In this document: in pieces, positions 28,200-40,700 of the stretch | Numbering within the stretch: position 1 is the first letter of the stretch | Layout: each line of letters starts with the position of its first letter | Source: Raillietiella orientalis | Taxonomy: Eukaryota | Assembly (NCBI GenBank): GCA_036172245.1 | Contig: JAYWIR010000009.1 | Coordinates: 4,216,001-4,280,000, forward strand | Reading direction: 5' to 3' | DNA: 64,000 nt | Notes under the pieces: generated by a model | What the model was told of the DNA's origin: nothing | The model's database searches: none | What the model saw: only the letters and a program-made list of their open reading frames with translations | Position numbers and translations under genes: made by a program

Positions 28200-30300
28200 A
28201 CGAAATTGATTGCTCTCCATCGGGGCTGATTGGAGAGAGTGCGGCCGTCTTTTGCGAGCTCTTCCGCATCGCGCGCGTTCCCGACCGGGGCTGCTCGTGA
28301 AGATCTTCCCGGGTCGGCCGACTCCCACGCCTCCCGCTCTCCTGACTTCCAGATTCTTCACCATCAGTGCACCGCTTTGCAGCTCATCACACCTTGCATC
28401 AATCGACCCGGCTATCAATGCACGCAGGTCTTCACCGGCCGCATGGGCCGTCCTGCACTGCTGGGTCCTCAGGGGGTTCAAGTTCACACGGCCGATCGCG
28501 GAGTTGCCGGCCTCTTCGGGGGAGTCTGGCAGGCCGAGGAGTCCTGCCGGTCACCGCAGCGGGCGCATGCACCACCGCTTCCCCGTTCGATGCAGCTGCC
28601 TGGTGGAGCCGTTCGAGAACGCTTCCTTGAAGGCGCCCAGACTCCGGTACTGGGCGAGGATAGAAAACAAGAGGGTTTCGGTGGCGCCCGGATTCTATCG
28701 TGGAGAGAGAACTCCCTCAGCCCACGGCTGCCTCCCTCCTCTGACGGAATTTCTTGCTCAGTGGGACTGGTGTGGGAACACGCCCACACCAAACGCTTTG
28801 CCCAGGCATCCTCGCGACGCCCAGTGCTGGGAATCCCTTCCGACGATGCCGAAGGAGGTTCTCCGCATCCTTCCCGGATTCTTCGCGCGGAGATGCGCCG
28901 GCGCGAACCTGCGAAGATTCGTGGGTGGCCCAGATTCGGGGCTTGACCACGAAAACGTGTCCAGCCGCCCGACCCTGCTATCCGTGCTGCATGACCCGCG
29001 TGCGCTCGAGTTGACTGCGCGCTCCAAACAATTCCCCTACCGTATGCAGAAACGATCCCCCTTTCTTGTCCTTACATTGAAGGGTAGAGAGCTGATGCCT
29101 TCTTGTAGCACATTCTGCGCTGCTGCATTTGAATCCTAACATTGCCATGGGGGCCGCTGGTACTGGTGAGTTTGCCACCCCAATACAGAGATATGTATTG
29201 TAGATGTGAACCAATGTGATCAACGTAGGCATCCATCCTCAAGATCTTTCGCGATCTCCTTGCTCGGGATTCTGGACGAAACCCTCAAGCAGCAGCAGCT
29301 GTATAAGCTGTGCCACAGCTCGATGTGATCCCAATTGCGAAGAGAGCGTGGCATCCGAGAGAACGGTGGCTCGCATCCTCACAAGGTGGTGCAGCTGCGA
29401 TCGTCCTGCCGGGAGTTCGATTCACCTGCGCCCACTCTTTCAAAACGCGAGGTGCTGCTTTGAAAAGTGGACAAAGGACTTTTGTTCAGCCTCACCCGTG
29501 GCAGCGGACGGGCAGCGCCCGTTCTCCCTTCCGCGCACCTCGAATCGAGGAGGGCAAGCTGACGGCGGAGGGATCAATCGATGGGGACTGTTTGCGGATC
29601 GCCAGTGCGGGCTGCTGGTGGAGATTCTCGTAGGTCAGCCGACCCCCTCGCCCGTTTCCGGTTCGCAGCCGTCGTTTTCGAGGGGAACCTGCTTCCCGGA
29701 AGCTGTGGTTCCAGGAGGCGCTGTTCCCGCCCTGAAGAGCTTTCGCGACGGCCTTTCCAGCCATTTCCCTGCAGCGGTTCTGAAACTCCGTTCGAGGTTG
29801 CTTCCTCCGAATCTCGTTGGAAGGAAATCGGCCAGCTAGAGTCGCCTTCAGCCCTGCCGGCAACGCATCCAAATCCCGTCAAACATCCGCAACCAGCTTC
29901 TCCTCTTTTCTGTTTTCAAGGTTGGACGTGAAATCTCGTGAAGCCATCCTTCGGGAGCCACGGCCGCTGAGTTTTTCCTGGAAAGCAGACAGTTCGTTCG
30001 GCTCAGCGCGCGCAGGGCCACGAAGTGGTGGGGACCACCAGAAATGGTGGCGCGCAAGGCCCCACGTTCTTCCCCGTTCCGGGTACCCGTCTTTCCTTCG
30101 ATGTCTGCGGGAACCGGATCCCTCCCGCCTCTTCTTCTTCGACGTTCAGCAAAGCTCAACGGGAACGCTCACGTGCCGCCTGCGATTCGCATGGAAGCCG
30201 CTTAAAGCTGACAGCAATTGAGAACGCGATTGCTTGGGAAATGAGTACGCTTTGGTTATCGCTGGCTTAACTACGTCACGTACCGTGTCCAAAGGTGTTC
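28200..30300 (+). mobile_element. Highly degenerate L1/Tx1-like non-LTR retrotransposon ORF2 (endonuclease to RT motif B)
   Basis: Decayed motifs occur in the expected order across frames: PGY and 'GLDHENV' (APE SDH-like), RAWHPRERWL (RGAxxRSRxxW-like), PSPVSGSQPSF (SPGPDG-like), AFSP..RQRIQ (QxxFxPGRxI-like), RLDVKS (LDxxKAFD-like) and RCLREPDPSRLFF (RGVRQGDPLSPLLF-like). Each motif is weak alone; the order supports the call. Confidence 0.55.
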
Positions 30301-31339
30301 TTGGCACAACTGGAAACTTTGCGGGTTGATGCCCTTGGAAACTTCTTGGTTTGTTGCTCAGCGCTCCGCCAGTCTGTGGCTTTTCGCGAGCAGTGGCGGA
30401 GCCATCGCTACCTGTCCCCACCAAGCTGTTCCGGTCGCTGGGGAGGTTTGTCAGCACTCGCTCCACTCGCTTCAGCGAGTCTTTCTGCCTTAATCCCGGA
30501 TTGAAAGGAAGGACATTCCCCTGTTTGCACCCGGAACCTCAAGAAACCGAGCCACCCACAGGCAAACGGTGACTGGAGTCTGCTTGGAACACCGGATGTC
30601 TGAGTGAGGTGAAGCGAGGTGGGAAAGAACAAACGGCACTCCTCAAACGAAGAACCAGTCGAATCAGCAGCGGCTGCCTTACAGCTCGTTCCTTCAGATG
30701 CTGTTCCGGAATTCGGGAAGCGCTTCTCGAGGCTCAAGACCTCGACAGCTCTTGCATGGTATCGTCTCCCCAGTGTGGTGCGAGACGTTAGCGCGTCGAC
30801 GCACGATGAGGTGATCCTGAAGCCACGTTTTTGCCGTCGACTGCCGCCGTTGGCAGTCCAGAGCATGCGTCCCAGCCACGCACTCTCCCGTTGCCAGCTC
30901 CACTGGCAACGTTTCCCATCTCTGTGTTTTGTGATGGCCAAAGCAGCCGCTCCACGGATGCGTTTCCTTTTTAACATCCGGGAGGCTCCACAGCAACTCG
31001 AGCACGGAGCTTCCCCGTTCGCGTTTGCGGAGGAGGACGAACATTCAAACAGAAGCACACGCGTGTCTCTTTGCTTCGATTTCCCGAAATGGGGCATTCG
31101 GGGAAGGCAGGATTCACGCAGATCGCAGCATCGCACCGGAAGTCTGAAACGAGAAGGTTTCTGTGGACCAAGTGCACGAATGCAAGGACGTTTCCTGCAG
31201 TCCTGGAACTTTGCAGTCCTTCCCAAAACGAATCCCTGCAAGGGACTCACGGAACGTTCCCATTGCTTACTCTTGGATGTGTGAGCTGGCAGCAACGCGT
31301 CTGTAAAACAGAGCACCATAAAATGCAAATCCATCTCCG

Positions 31340-32300
31340 ATACGAGTTGGTCTTTTAGTCAGCAACGCGAGTGGTTTCTCGAGAGCATTAGCGGGATGGT
31401 CTGCAGTGAAACGAACTTTCTTTGCACTCTCCGAAGTGGAGGCTACTTCATCAGAACGACCCGGAGGGTTCCCCCGCTCTGAGAGGTCCGCTCCTTCACC
31501 ATCTGGAGAGGCGACTACACACCTACTCCATCAGTAGAACCAGGAGGGGTCCCCCACATCCAGTTTAGCAGTGCCTCACCCGAACGAATGTAGGCCCAGC
31601 AGCGTTATCTTGCAGGAGGAACTCGGATTCCACGACACGCAGCGCCGATTTCTTTCGGAGTATTCGAGCCCGCGGCGCGTGGTGCTGCCACGCGCGGAGA
31701 CCACCGTAACCCCGAAGCCCCCGACGCGGGCACCGTAAACGTTCATTCACGCTGCATGACAACGTACTGCCAATCAGCGCTGAGCCAGCAAGAAAACCGG
31801 AAGAACACATATGTTGGCGTTGCGGCACAGAGGAGGAAACGTTGTCCCACGTACTAAATAGGTGCGAGGATCGCGTTCTTCTGTCCATGGCACGCCACGA
31901 GCGGTTCAGCAGATCATCAGAAAGGCCGCAGCGGACAAAGCAAACTGGAGTCTTGTGACAAGAAACCAGAGAGTGTCAGGAACAACTTCTGGTCATGGAA
32001 AAGGGAAACCGGATATATATGTGCTAGACGTCTGCTGCCCATACGAAAATGGCAGAGAGGCGTTCATCACAGCCAGGAGAACAAGGAAGGGCAATACAAG
32101 GACGTAGCGCTACAGCTGGGGGGAGGGAAGAAGCAAAGCACGCGTTCATCGTTGGCTCTCTAGGAGCATGGGATCGTGGTAATGAAGAAGTATCACAAGA
32201 TCCAGGAACACCAAAGAAGAAGCTGGTGGAACTGAGGTAGCGGATGGAGGCTGCATGTATCCGGCACTCAAGTGATACGTACAAAGTACACGTCGCAAGG
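31340..32300 (+). mobile_element. Decayed 3' part of an RLE-type (NeSL/Utopia/R2-group) non-LTR retrotransposon: CCHC finger and restriction-like endonuclease
   Basis: FIHAA..NVLP, CWRCGTEEETLSHVLNRC (from 31812), ARH, KPDI..LDVCCPYENG (PD..D nuclease core), KYKD, AFIVGSLGAWD..N and ACIRHSSDTYKVH, broken by frameshifts and stops. Confidence 0.85.
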
Positions 32301-33464
32301 GGAACCGACAGCCAGCCGGAGAATCCAGACAATCCTCTCCAACCGTACGAAAGCCAGGAAGCAGAGGAAGCGCCATGAAGAGGGGCGAAGAGCACCCAAA
32401 ATAGACAGAGGAGCAACTGCGAAAGAATGTCCAGAGCCCCCCCCCCTTGCAACCATTCATGTAAATGCACACACGTAAGCAATAAACGAGCTCACGAAAG
32501 CAGTTGTTTGCCATAACCGATTATGCACACAAATACGTTCATGCACCGAGAAGAGACGTGCTGTAAGACGGATTTTCTAGACGATTCGTTCGAATTTGGG
32601 TGTCCTTGTCAACGCGGGAACGCTTCCCGATTCGGTGACATCGCCGATGGCATCTTCGATCCTGGGGGCAGAACATTCGGCGAAGTGCAGGGTGCGCGGT
32701 TCTTCCTCGGCGCAGCCGGACGTGCCTCCCATCGGGAATCCGTAGATTGGGACAACTTATGCAATGGAGAGCGAACGACACCCGAAACAGCAGCGAACGT
32801 CTTGCAACACAAGAAACAAAGAACCCGGTTTCATTTCATGCTTTGAGCGTCCGCCCTTCGTGGCACGCTGCTAAGAATGCAACAGGCGATCCGATCTGTC
32901 TGGAGGGTGTCTGTGAGGCTGTCGCTCTGCCCCGATCCCTCGATTTCATCTTCTTCAAGGGAGTGATTCCAGTCAGCCGAGGGAACGGAAAGGGTGATCT
33001 CTGATCTGAAGGCGCAAAGCAGTCCGTCATCAGCGCAGCAGCCCGTGGAAAGGCGCTCTCGCCGGCAGGAGAAAAAAACGGAGCCGTGCGAAGCATCTCC
33101 ATGATCATGATCGGTCCGCCGAGATCGGTTGACTGCCCGAGGAAGTTGCTGCAGCGGTCAGAGCTTCAGAAATGGCTGCTGATCGTGGGAACGCCTGCGT
33201 CGGAGGCGAACCGACTTTTCAAACGTCTCTGCGCCGTGTGATCCGTGATCCGAGTCCTTATGTGATCTTCCAATCCGTTCCGAAAGGACCGGGGCAAAAG
33301 GATCGAAAGAATAGAAACGATCCTCTCTCGCCCAGCTCGAGGTTACAGGAGTGATCTTCCAACATTCCCGTTCAAGTTTTTCTCGAGACTAACTTTCGAA
33401 TACTGCTGGTCAAAGCTTCAAATGTGTGTGTGTGTTTTAAAAAAAAAAAGCCTTCTTACAATTA

Positions 33465-34420
33465 CAGTGCACATTGGACGCAGTCACCTTTGATGAGAGA
33501 AACTTTTGACATGGGCAGCCGTCAGTGCAGTCAACATTTTGAGCTTTCCGTCGTTCGGGGAAGGCAACTTTTCCCAGCCGCGTCAAAGATGTGGAAGAAC
33601 AAGCAAAATTCATGGACTGCTCCAATAAAAAGTTGGACGTTCCACGTGAAACCGAGGAGGGAACGAAGGTGAAAGTGCCGTGGACACATCGGCCATTTCG
33701 GAAATCGTGGAAGGCAAAGGGAACGCGGAGGACTGCGGTCGCCCCATGCTGTGGCCACACCTAAGAACGGGATGGCGATCTCGAAATGTCCCGAAGTGGA
33801 AGGAGCTTCCCATTCGTGGCTCTCACAGCAACAGCGAGGCTCGGGGAAGACCATCGTCACCAACGAAACCTGGAAAAGAAAGCCCAAGGAAACGGCTGGG
33901 ACGGAGTGCGAAATTTCGGGGGGGCGATGGGTGGCTGAGCAACTTCAAGAAAAGACATGGTAGTCGCTTACTGACCACATCCGGGGAGAAAGTTTCGTGC
34001 CACGCCTCGCAGGCTCCAGCTTTCCTGGAAAAATTTAAAGAGATAGTTAATGTAAACGGATACCTAATGGAGCAGGTCTATAATTGTGACGAGACAGGAC
34101 TGGTGTGCAAAGGATTGCCGAATAAAACCAATGTTCATCGAAATGAAGTGACAGCCCCTGGGAGAAAAAATAGCAAAGAAAGGGTCACTTTATGTCCAGT
34201 GTCAATGCCACGGCTAATTGCAAATTACCCTGAATGATGATTGGGAAGGCAGCTCGTCCAAGGTGCTTTAAAAATGTTCCAAAATTCGATATTGACAGAG
34301 TTATTGACCACTTATTCAATTTCGCTGTTGAGTGGTCGGAAAGCGTCTACCTCCCTGTTCGTGAGGTTCTTCCCTCCTCAGAAGGGTACGGGAAAAAGCA
34401 ATCGTGGAGAAGTTTGAATC
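33465..34420 (+). mobile_element. Tigger/pogo-like DNA transposon remnant (CENP-B-type HTH and start of the DDE_1 domain), frameshifted and internally deleted
   Basis: FRGGDGWLSNFKKRHG, SGEKVS, QVYNCDETGL, APGRKNSKERVT and MIGKAARPRCFKNV. The rest of the DDE domain is absent. TA-CAGTG at 33463 may be the left end; no right TIR was found. Confidence 0.9.
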
Positions 34421-34749
34421 AAATTTTTATATCGTATCATCAGCATTTACCATACACCGTCATCATTTTTACCCTTTGTAATGTTCATACTAAATTTGTC
34501 CATATCACTGTTCAGCAATTTGGTTTCTTTTATTTCATTATCCACAAAAATCCTTTTTTTTTTTTTTTCCGACCAACCATCTCGATACAATCAACAACAT
34601 TCTATAAAGGCAACCACATTTTTGAAACTTCGATTCCAGCAGAGGTGGTCAGGTCGAATGCGCACCGCACCGCACCAGCCTTGCGCACGCGCAATATCAC
34701 AGCCGAGGGCGGCAATGGGGGCGCCATCATTGCTAGTTGAAAACCTTAG

Positions 34750-36400
34750 AAGACTTTCCAGCAATCACGTCCTTTCGGTTCGCGTTTCTGCGCGTTTCCA
34801 GCTGTCCCAGCGACCCAGGTATTTTGATTTCCAGCAGCTGCTGGCTACTGGCGCCCTGGTCACCGGGAAGGGCATTCGGTTCCCCAGAGTAAACCATAAG
34901 CAGGGAGTTCAGTGCGGTAGTTCGCCAGGGCCACCGGGAGTTTCTTCAGAGAGATGGCATCACCGATGACCTCTCTCAACCCTTTTTTTTTTTTTTTTCC
35001 CCTGACCGCAAACCGAAAACTCCGGAATCCGCGCCGTCTTTTACGGTTCCCAAGCCTCTCCGTCCTAACGGAAAGCTTCGGCCGCGGCACGCAGTTCGGG
35101 ATGCACCCTTCCCGTTCCACGAGTGGGAGAACTTGTCAAAATGGCTCCGTTTTCCGGCCACAGCGTCTTTGGGATGCGTAGGTTGGCGATGCGGCGGTCA
35201 GCGAACCGAGAAGGTCGATTCTTTCAGAATCCACGCCAGCCGGTCACCTCCGTCTTAGTAAAAGGGCCCTCCTCACAGACGCAGGAGGTCGGAAAAAATT
35301 TCCTTTTCCTTCCCACTCAAGGTCACCAGAAAATGTGCAGACCCATTCTTCGGACGAGCTGGGTTTGCAGAAATTTCTAACGCATTCTTGACCCTTGGTT
35401 GCCCCGCGAGCTGTCCGACCTCAGCCTGACTCGGGTCCTGACCAAGCGAGCAGCTGGCCCGAAGGAGCTAACGTCCTTTCTTACCTGCGGTCACCGAATA
35501 CAGCCCCGATGCGGGTGCCAGCTTCGGCAGATGATCCTTGGCACGGGACCACGACTGGGCCTCCTGCTCGACCATGAACTGCGGTGCCTGGAAACGGGAA
35601 ACAGTTCAGACGTGGGCGAGGCTGAATGGGGGCGACCCTGGAGGCAACGCAGGGTTTGCTGCGCTCCGGACACGCCCGTTGCTCGCTGCAGGGAATCACG
35701 GAGTGCCCAAGGACCCCGCGGGCATGGAACACTCCGCTTGCAGCCACGTCCTACACAACACAGCAAAGTGGACGTGGCGATGGCCTTGCAAGATGGGAAG
35801 TATCCCGGGAAATCGAGGGGAAAGCAGAAGCAGCTGGGATGCTGGACGGCGTGTGAGCTGCCCGACGCACACATCTCCGCCAACCTCCCCAGAGGCATTC
35901 TTCGCTGGGAGGAGCTTTTGGACATTCCTCCTGAAGAGGCAGAAATTCCCCCAGTGATTTTGGACAGATCCACTCTTTTCCTGAAGTGGACGGACTCGCA
36001 TTCCAGCAGTTGCCCTGGGAGATCCCATGCAAGGCGCGAGTCCACCAGTGAACGAGGGGAAGTGCGGTCCCGGATTGTGCCAGATGTGGGAAACGAGGAG
36101 CCTTCCCGCACTGTTGGTGGATTGCGTTGCCCTCCTGAGTGTCCGGGAACGCATCGCTGCGGCGCCTGATCATCACCAAGTTAGACATCCGGATATTTAG
36201 TTTCATCCGCTATCCTGAACCCGTGGGAGCGCGGGATGGTGCTATTGGGAATTCTAACGGCAGGCGGACGCGATCTCGCCGCTTCGGCGCTCATCCGTGC
36301 TCCAAGGCTCACCGCTTTGGGGGACGCCGGAAGCGGCGTCCTGACGCTGAAGAGGATGGGGCGCCAGCTCCAGTCTAGAAGGTTAGTACCCTAGCGGCAA
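34750..36400 (+). mobile_element. Degenerate L1/Tx1-like LINE: RT motifs B/C, thumb and C-terminal zf-RVT-like region
   Basis: KQGVQCGSSPGP (GVRQGxPLSP-like), GITDDLS (YADD-like), MCRPILRTSWVC (LCxPKxxGGLG-like), then ILRWEELLDIP..KW..LPWEIPC, which is shared with neighbouring copies. Confidence 0.6.
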
Positions 36401-36419
36401 GGTTTGGGATCACCCATTG

Positions 36420-37350
36420 GTGCGTACTGACCTCATTCCTGGCCAAGTGAGCAGCTGGTGCCGAGGAACTCCGTGAGTTCCTCGGGCGTAGCCATCGAGA
36501 GCTACCCCGATGGCGGGTGCCAGCTCTGCCAAATGGTCGCCTAGGTCCAGGAGAACAGGTGGATTGCTTGCCATCCCTCCACCTCAGTGTCTGAAAATAG
36601 GAAACGGTTCAGGCGTGGGTGGAAAGAAACGGCATGAGGCCCGGAGCTATTGCGGTGCCCGCGACTCCCGAGTGATGCTCGCTGCTCGTTGCGGGAAATC
36701 ACGGATTGCCCGAGGAAGACCCTCTGGGCACGAAACATCCCACTTGCAGCCACCACGCTCCACACAATCCAACAAAGTGGACGTGGAGATGGCCTTGAGA
36801 GATGGGAAGTATCCTGTGAGATTTCGGGGAAAAAGAAGCAGTTGGGATTCTGAATGGCTCATCAACTGCCCGAAGCATTCGTCCTCGCTGCCCTCACTAG
36901 AGTAATTCTTCGCTGGATGGAGCTCCTGGACATTTCTCCTGAAGAGGCAGAAATTCTTCCCCCTGCCTTTGCGGACAGCACCACATCTCCCCAGAAGTGG
37001 CCGGACTCGGCGTCGCAGTTGTTGCCCTGGGAGATCCCATGCAACGCACGGGTCTACCACTACTGGACAAAGGCTAGTATATGTACAGCCGAAGTGTGTA
37101 CATATGCAGTGTAGCCCCACTTGTGGGGAACGGGAAGCCTTCCTGCGCCTGCTGATGGATTGCGCCCCCCTCCTGAGTGTCCGGAAACGCGTCGCTGAGG
37201 CCTTCCTACTCCCTATGGGACAACGGCAGGGAGGTCTTCGCGCGCGACTCGATGTCGCCCGCAGCTTCCCTCGCAGCTCCGTGCTGCCTTCGCTGGATTG
37301 CGGGAGCAAGAAGAAGCTGCGCCGAAAGAGTCCATCCGGACGGTGACGCC
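36420..37350 (+). mobile_element. Second, tandem copy of the same LINE 3' region
   Basis: Direct nucleotide similarity to 35430-36170, e.g. caaagtggacgtgg.gatggccttg.gagatgggaagtatcc and ttcttcgctgg..ggagct..tggacatt.ctcctgaagaggcagaaatt. The translation includes LLPWEIPCNARVYHYW..CGEREAFLRLLMDC. Confidence 0.7.
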
Positions 37351-37579
37351 ACCGCAATCGTCTGCTCCTTCGAGGCAGCGCCTCCAAGGCAGCACTTCCC
37401 TTCTCGGTGATGCTGTGAAATCACCACCACGAAGGAAGACATTCTTCTATCTTTTGCATGATCGTTTTTTTTTTTTTTTTTCGTTTGCAAGGAACGCTCC
37501 ACCGTGACCGGGTGAAAACAAAGGAAGACCCGGTGGTTTTGAAGAACATCGCTTGCAGCAACGCTGCCGTTCCTACGGT

Positions 37580-38260
37580 AGAAGATCGACGGCAAGCCAG
37601 CCGACAGGTAGGCAGGCGTGTCGCATCATCGCAGGACGGGAAGAAAAGATGCTGGGTAGCTGGAGGGAGCATCAGCTGGCTGACGCTCCCACCCCCGCAG
37701 CCCTCCCCAAAGGAACTTCTCTTCCGCCTGGCGAGAGAAGCCCATTGGGATCCCGTTGGGCGAAGATGGGGATCCCCGCGGCGTTCTCTGACGGCTCCGA
37801 GCCTCCCCTCGAGCGGCAACACTCGGCGCTGCGACTCCTGCGTAGAGCCATCCCAGGCAGCGTGCTCCTCCATAGCTGGACCAGGGGAGCACGCAACCCC
37901 AACCTGCTCCAAGTGCGGCGGAAGGGAAACCTCATCGCACCTGCTCTTCGAATGCGCTGCCCTCCGGCGCGTGAGGGAACGGTTCGATCCCGTCCCTCAA
38001 ATTCCCAGGAGACCACCCGAAAGTCCTATCCAGACGCCTCTTCACGCGTGGCGCCATGCCGTGGGCGATCGTAGCAGCTTCTGAGGAATCACGGTGACCA
38101 GAGGTCCCGACGGCGGAGATAGAGGGACCGCGGACGCCTCCTCCTCCCCCGTCTCCTCCTTCCTGAGGGTGGCGGCGAGGCTGCATCTGACCAACAACTA
38201 GGAGCAAGATCCCTCTCAATCTTTTGATCCCTCTCAAGGATGCAGATCGCCGGCATCCTT
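37580..38260 (+). mobile_element. Third, more diverged LINE C-terminal (zf-RVT/CCHC) fragment
   Basis: AIPGSVLLHSW, then CSKCGGRETSSHLLFEC..LRRVRERF, the CxxC-E-HLLxxC finger typical of L1/Tx1 ORF2 C-termini. Confidence 0.65.
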
Positions 38261-39899
38261 GAGAGGACGCAAAAAACGTCAGGGGAAACGACGTGATCCC
38301 TTTCTCTCACCCTCCCCCCCTCCCCAACATGGACTGTCCATCTACCCTTTGCTCTTCCTGCATGGTTCTTTTCCGGCAACTGCTTCCCGGCAGCAGTGAC
38401 GCCTTCCGAGACATCCGAATTAGCGAGGCTGAACTCCCGCGACGGAGGGGGGGGGGACCTCCATCTGACTGTTTTCTAGTCTTGGAATTCATTCTTAGGA
38501 TAAACGCCCCAGGGCGTGACCTCAGTCTGGACTCGAGTTCGAAATTCTTCCATCCGAGCTGGACCCTGGCCGGTGCTCCAGCATCACTCTGGTACAGCGG
38601 GGAAATTCGCCCTGCGAGGGAAATCACGGCCGCTCGTCGAAGTCCGGTCGGACCCCTGTGGGAACGGGGCTCAGCCCTCCCGGGATAGGACGACGGGCAG
38701 AGCACGCATGAAGTGAGTCACCTCGTTGTGCAAAAAAAAGAAAAAAAAAAGGGAATTCATCGATGACCTTTGCCCCTTGTCCATTGGAATGCAGCTCATC
38801 CGAGTGTTGCGCAACATCACGACATGGAGTCATAGGTCCCAGCAGCCGCTCGATCCGCTGCGCTGACAAGACAGCCGTCAGCTTCGCACCCAGGGGGAAA
38901 AAGGAAAAAAAAACCCCGAAGGTCTCTTGCGCGCCCGATACCATCCGGGAGCCTTCCCGCGTTCATCCTGCACGATCTCCGAACCCGCCGGGGACGCACT
39001 CCCCCGGCTGCCGGCTTCGCGTCACTTCGACTGGGTCCGCACCAGGCAGTGGGCGGCGCGGCGCTATCAGATGGCGAAGCGATGGAGTCGGTCGCGAAGG
39101 AGCGCGCGCGCCCGCGAGAGCCGGCCTGAGTCCGGGATGTGCTTCCCTACGGCCCCGTTTCCCCTCTCACCTTAGCTGCACCGTTCCCGGTGGGTGAAAC
39201 CAGGTCCGCTGCGTGACGTGGAGAAGCGCTCGGGAGACCTCGGATCGCCCCCAGGGGACAGACCTTGACATTCAAACCACGGCTCGGGCCGCCCCACTGC
39301 TCCGGAACGCTCCTTCGGTGGAACGCGGGAAGCAACCACCGGATACAAGAGGCTCTCTTCTGTCCTCTCCGCGTTGTTTGGGGAAATTTCTGTATGCTCC
39401 AGGATCAGACTTTGCCGTCCTCCTTTCTTTTTTTCTTTTTTCTCTTTCTCTTTTTGCAACCAGGAAACGCAGCACGAGCGAACCCTGGATGCGCTTTCTA
39501 CCGACTAGAGTTAAAGAAGAGAGATTTTTTTTTTTGGTTGCCATGTCTTTCGTTAGCGTTTCCTCCACCAGATGGCGAAACCTCAGTGTCTGATTGCGTG
39601 TCTGACTGTTGACGCACCTCGCCTCCCCAGTGTTGCACGCGTGTTGGGCCTTTGAGGTCGCTTTCTCTCTGTCGGGGACGGTCGCTCTTTCGGGCCGAGC
39701 CGAGCCTCGAACTGACCTTCCAGCCCTCCGGAGGGGCAGGTGCCATGTGCGGCGGCTCCTTTCGACACCGCGTCCTCTTCGGACAGAGACGCTCTCGAAG
39801 CGGACGCCCCTGGCCACCCACCCCTACCCACCCAGGTCTGAAGCTCTGAGAACTTCCGTCGACGGAATAGGCACGCTCCCCTGACGGCGAAGCGTGGAA

Positions 39900-40700
39900 G
39901 TCACGTTTCGTAGAAGGGAGAAGGCGAAAGAGACGCAGCCTCCGTGCCGGATGCATGTGGCGAGAACCAAAGGAAGGGAGCGACGTGACCTGACTCGAAA
40001 GGCTGCCTGGAAGCGGCACCTTCAACGCGCCGATGTAAGGCGGGAGGACAGAGCAAAGGATCGCTCCCGTCCCCCCCCCCTCGCTTGTACACCAAGCTTG
40101 TACGCGAAAACAACATGTACACACCTTGGCAGCTGCTTCGGGTTTTTCTCTTCTTTTTTTTTCTTCTTTTGGTTCGCCAAGTCCCGTCCACCTCCTTCGG
40201 GGGAACTCACGAAGCTCTTTGGCGCTTTCCACGCAGCCCGAGGGACGTGTCAATTCTCCAGATTGTAGGGGATAACCCGGAAGGACCACCTTATGAGTCC
40301 AGGGAGGCCTCTCTGACTCTTGGGAAGCAGTCCGGAAAGGAACCTCTTCCTTATTCTCTCCGGAGGGAACCCGGAAAGGATCCGCTCCTGGTTTTCTCCT
40401 CTGAAGAGAACCCCGAGGGTACGCGTCCCGATTTCCCTGAAGGAAGCAGCGCCCTTCCTGACATTCTGGAGAGGTGTCAGCCAGCCACATGGGATGCGAT
40501 GGAAGGTCGTCCCCCGAGGGGAGAGTAGGGTTCCATTTTCGCTGCAGGAGAGGAGAAACCCCGAGGGGAACCGGAGCTCCTCGGTTCTTGGAAGGACTCC
40601 GGACGGTCAACTTCCGATCCCGGCCGTCGGCCCTTTCCCTCCGGGGCAGGATTCGAACCCGCGACGGCCCGGTGCCTCCGCGCACGGAGGTATCTGCTTC
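39900..40700 (-). repeat. Dispersed repeat, inverted relative to 44430-45170; possibly the LINE 5'/ORF1 region
   Basis: Its reverse complement shares blocks with 44430-45170: aaagagcttcgtgagttcccccgaagga, caggagcggatcct, gttccctccggagagaa and gcggaggcac..ggccgtcgcg.gttcgaatcc. Confidence 0.7.

Noticed and set aside
30694..31044. HTGETIPCKSC resembling a C2H2 zinc-finger linker
   Set aside because: Single isolated motif without proper C2H2 spacing.
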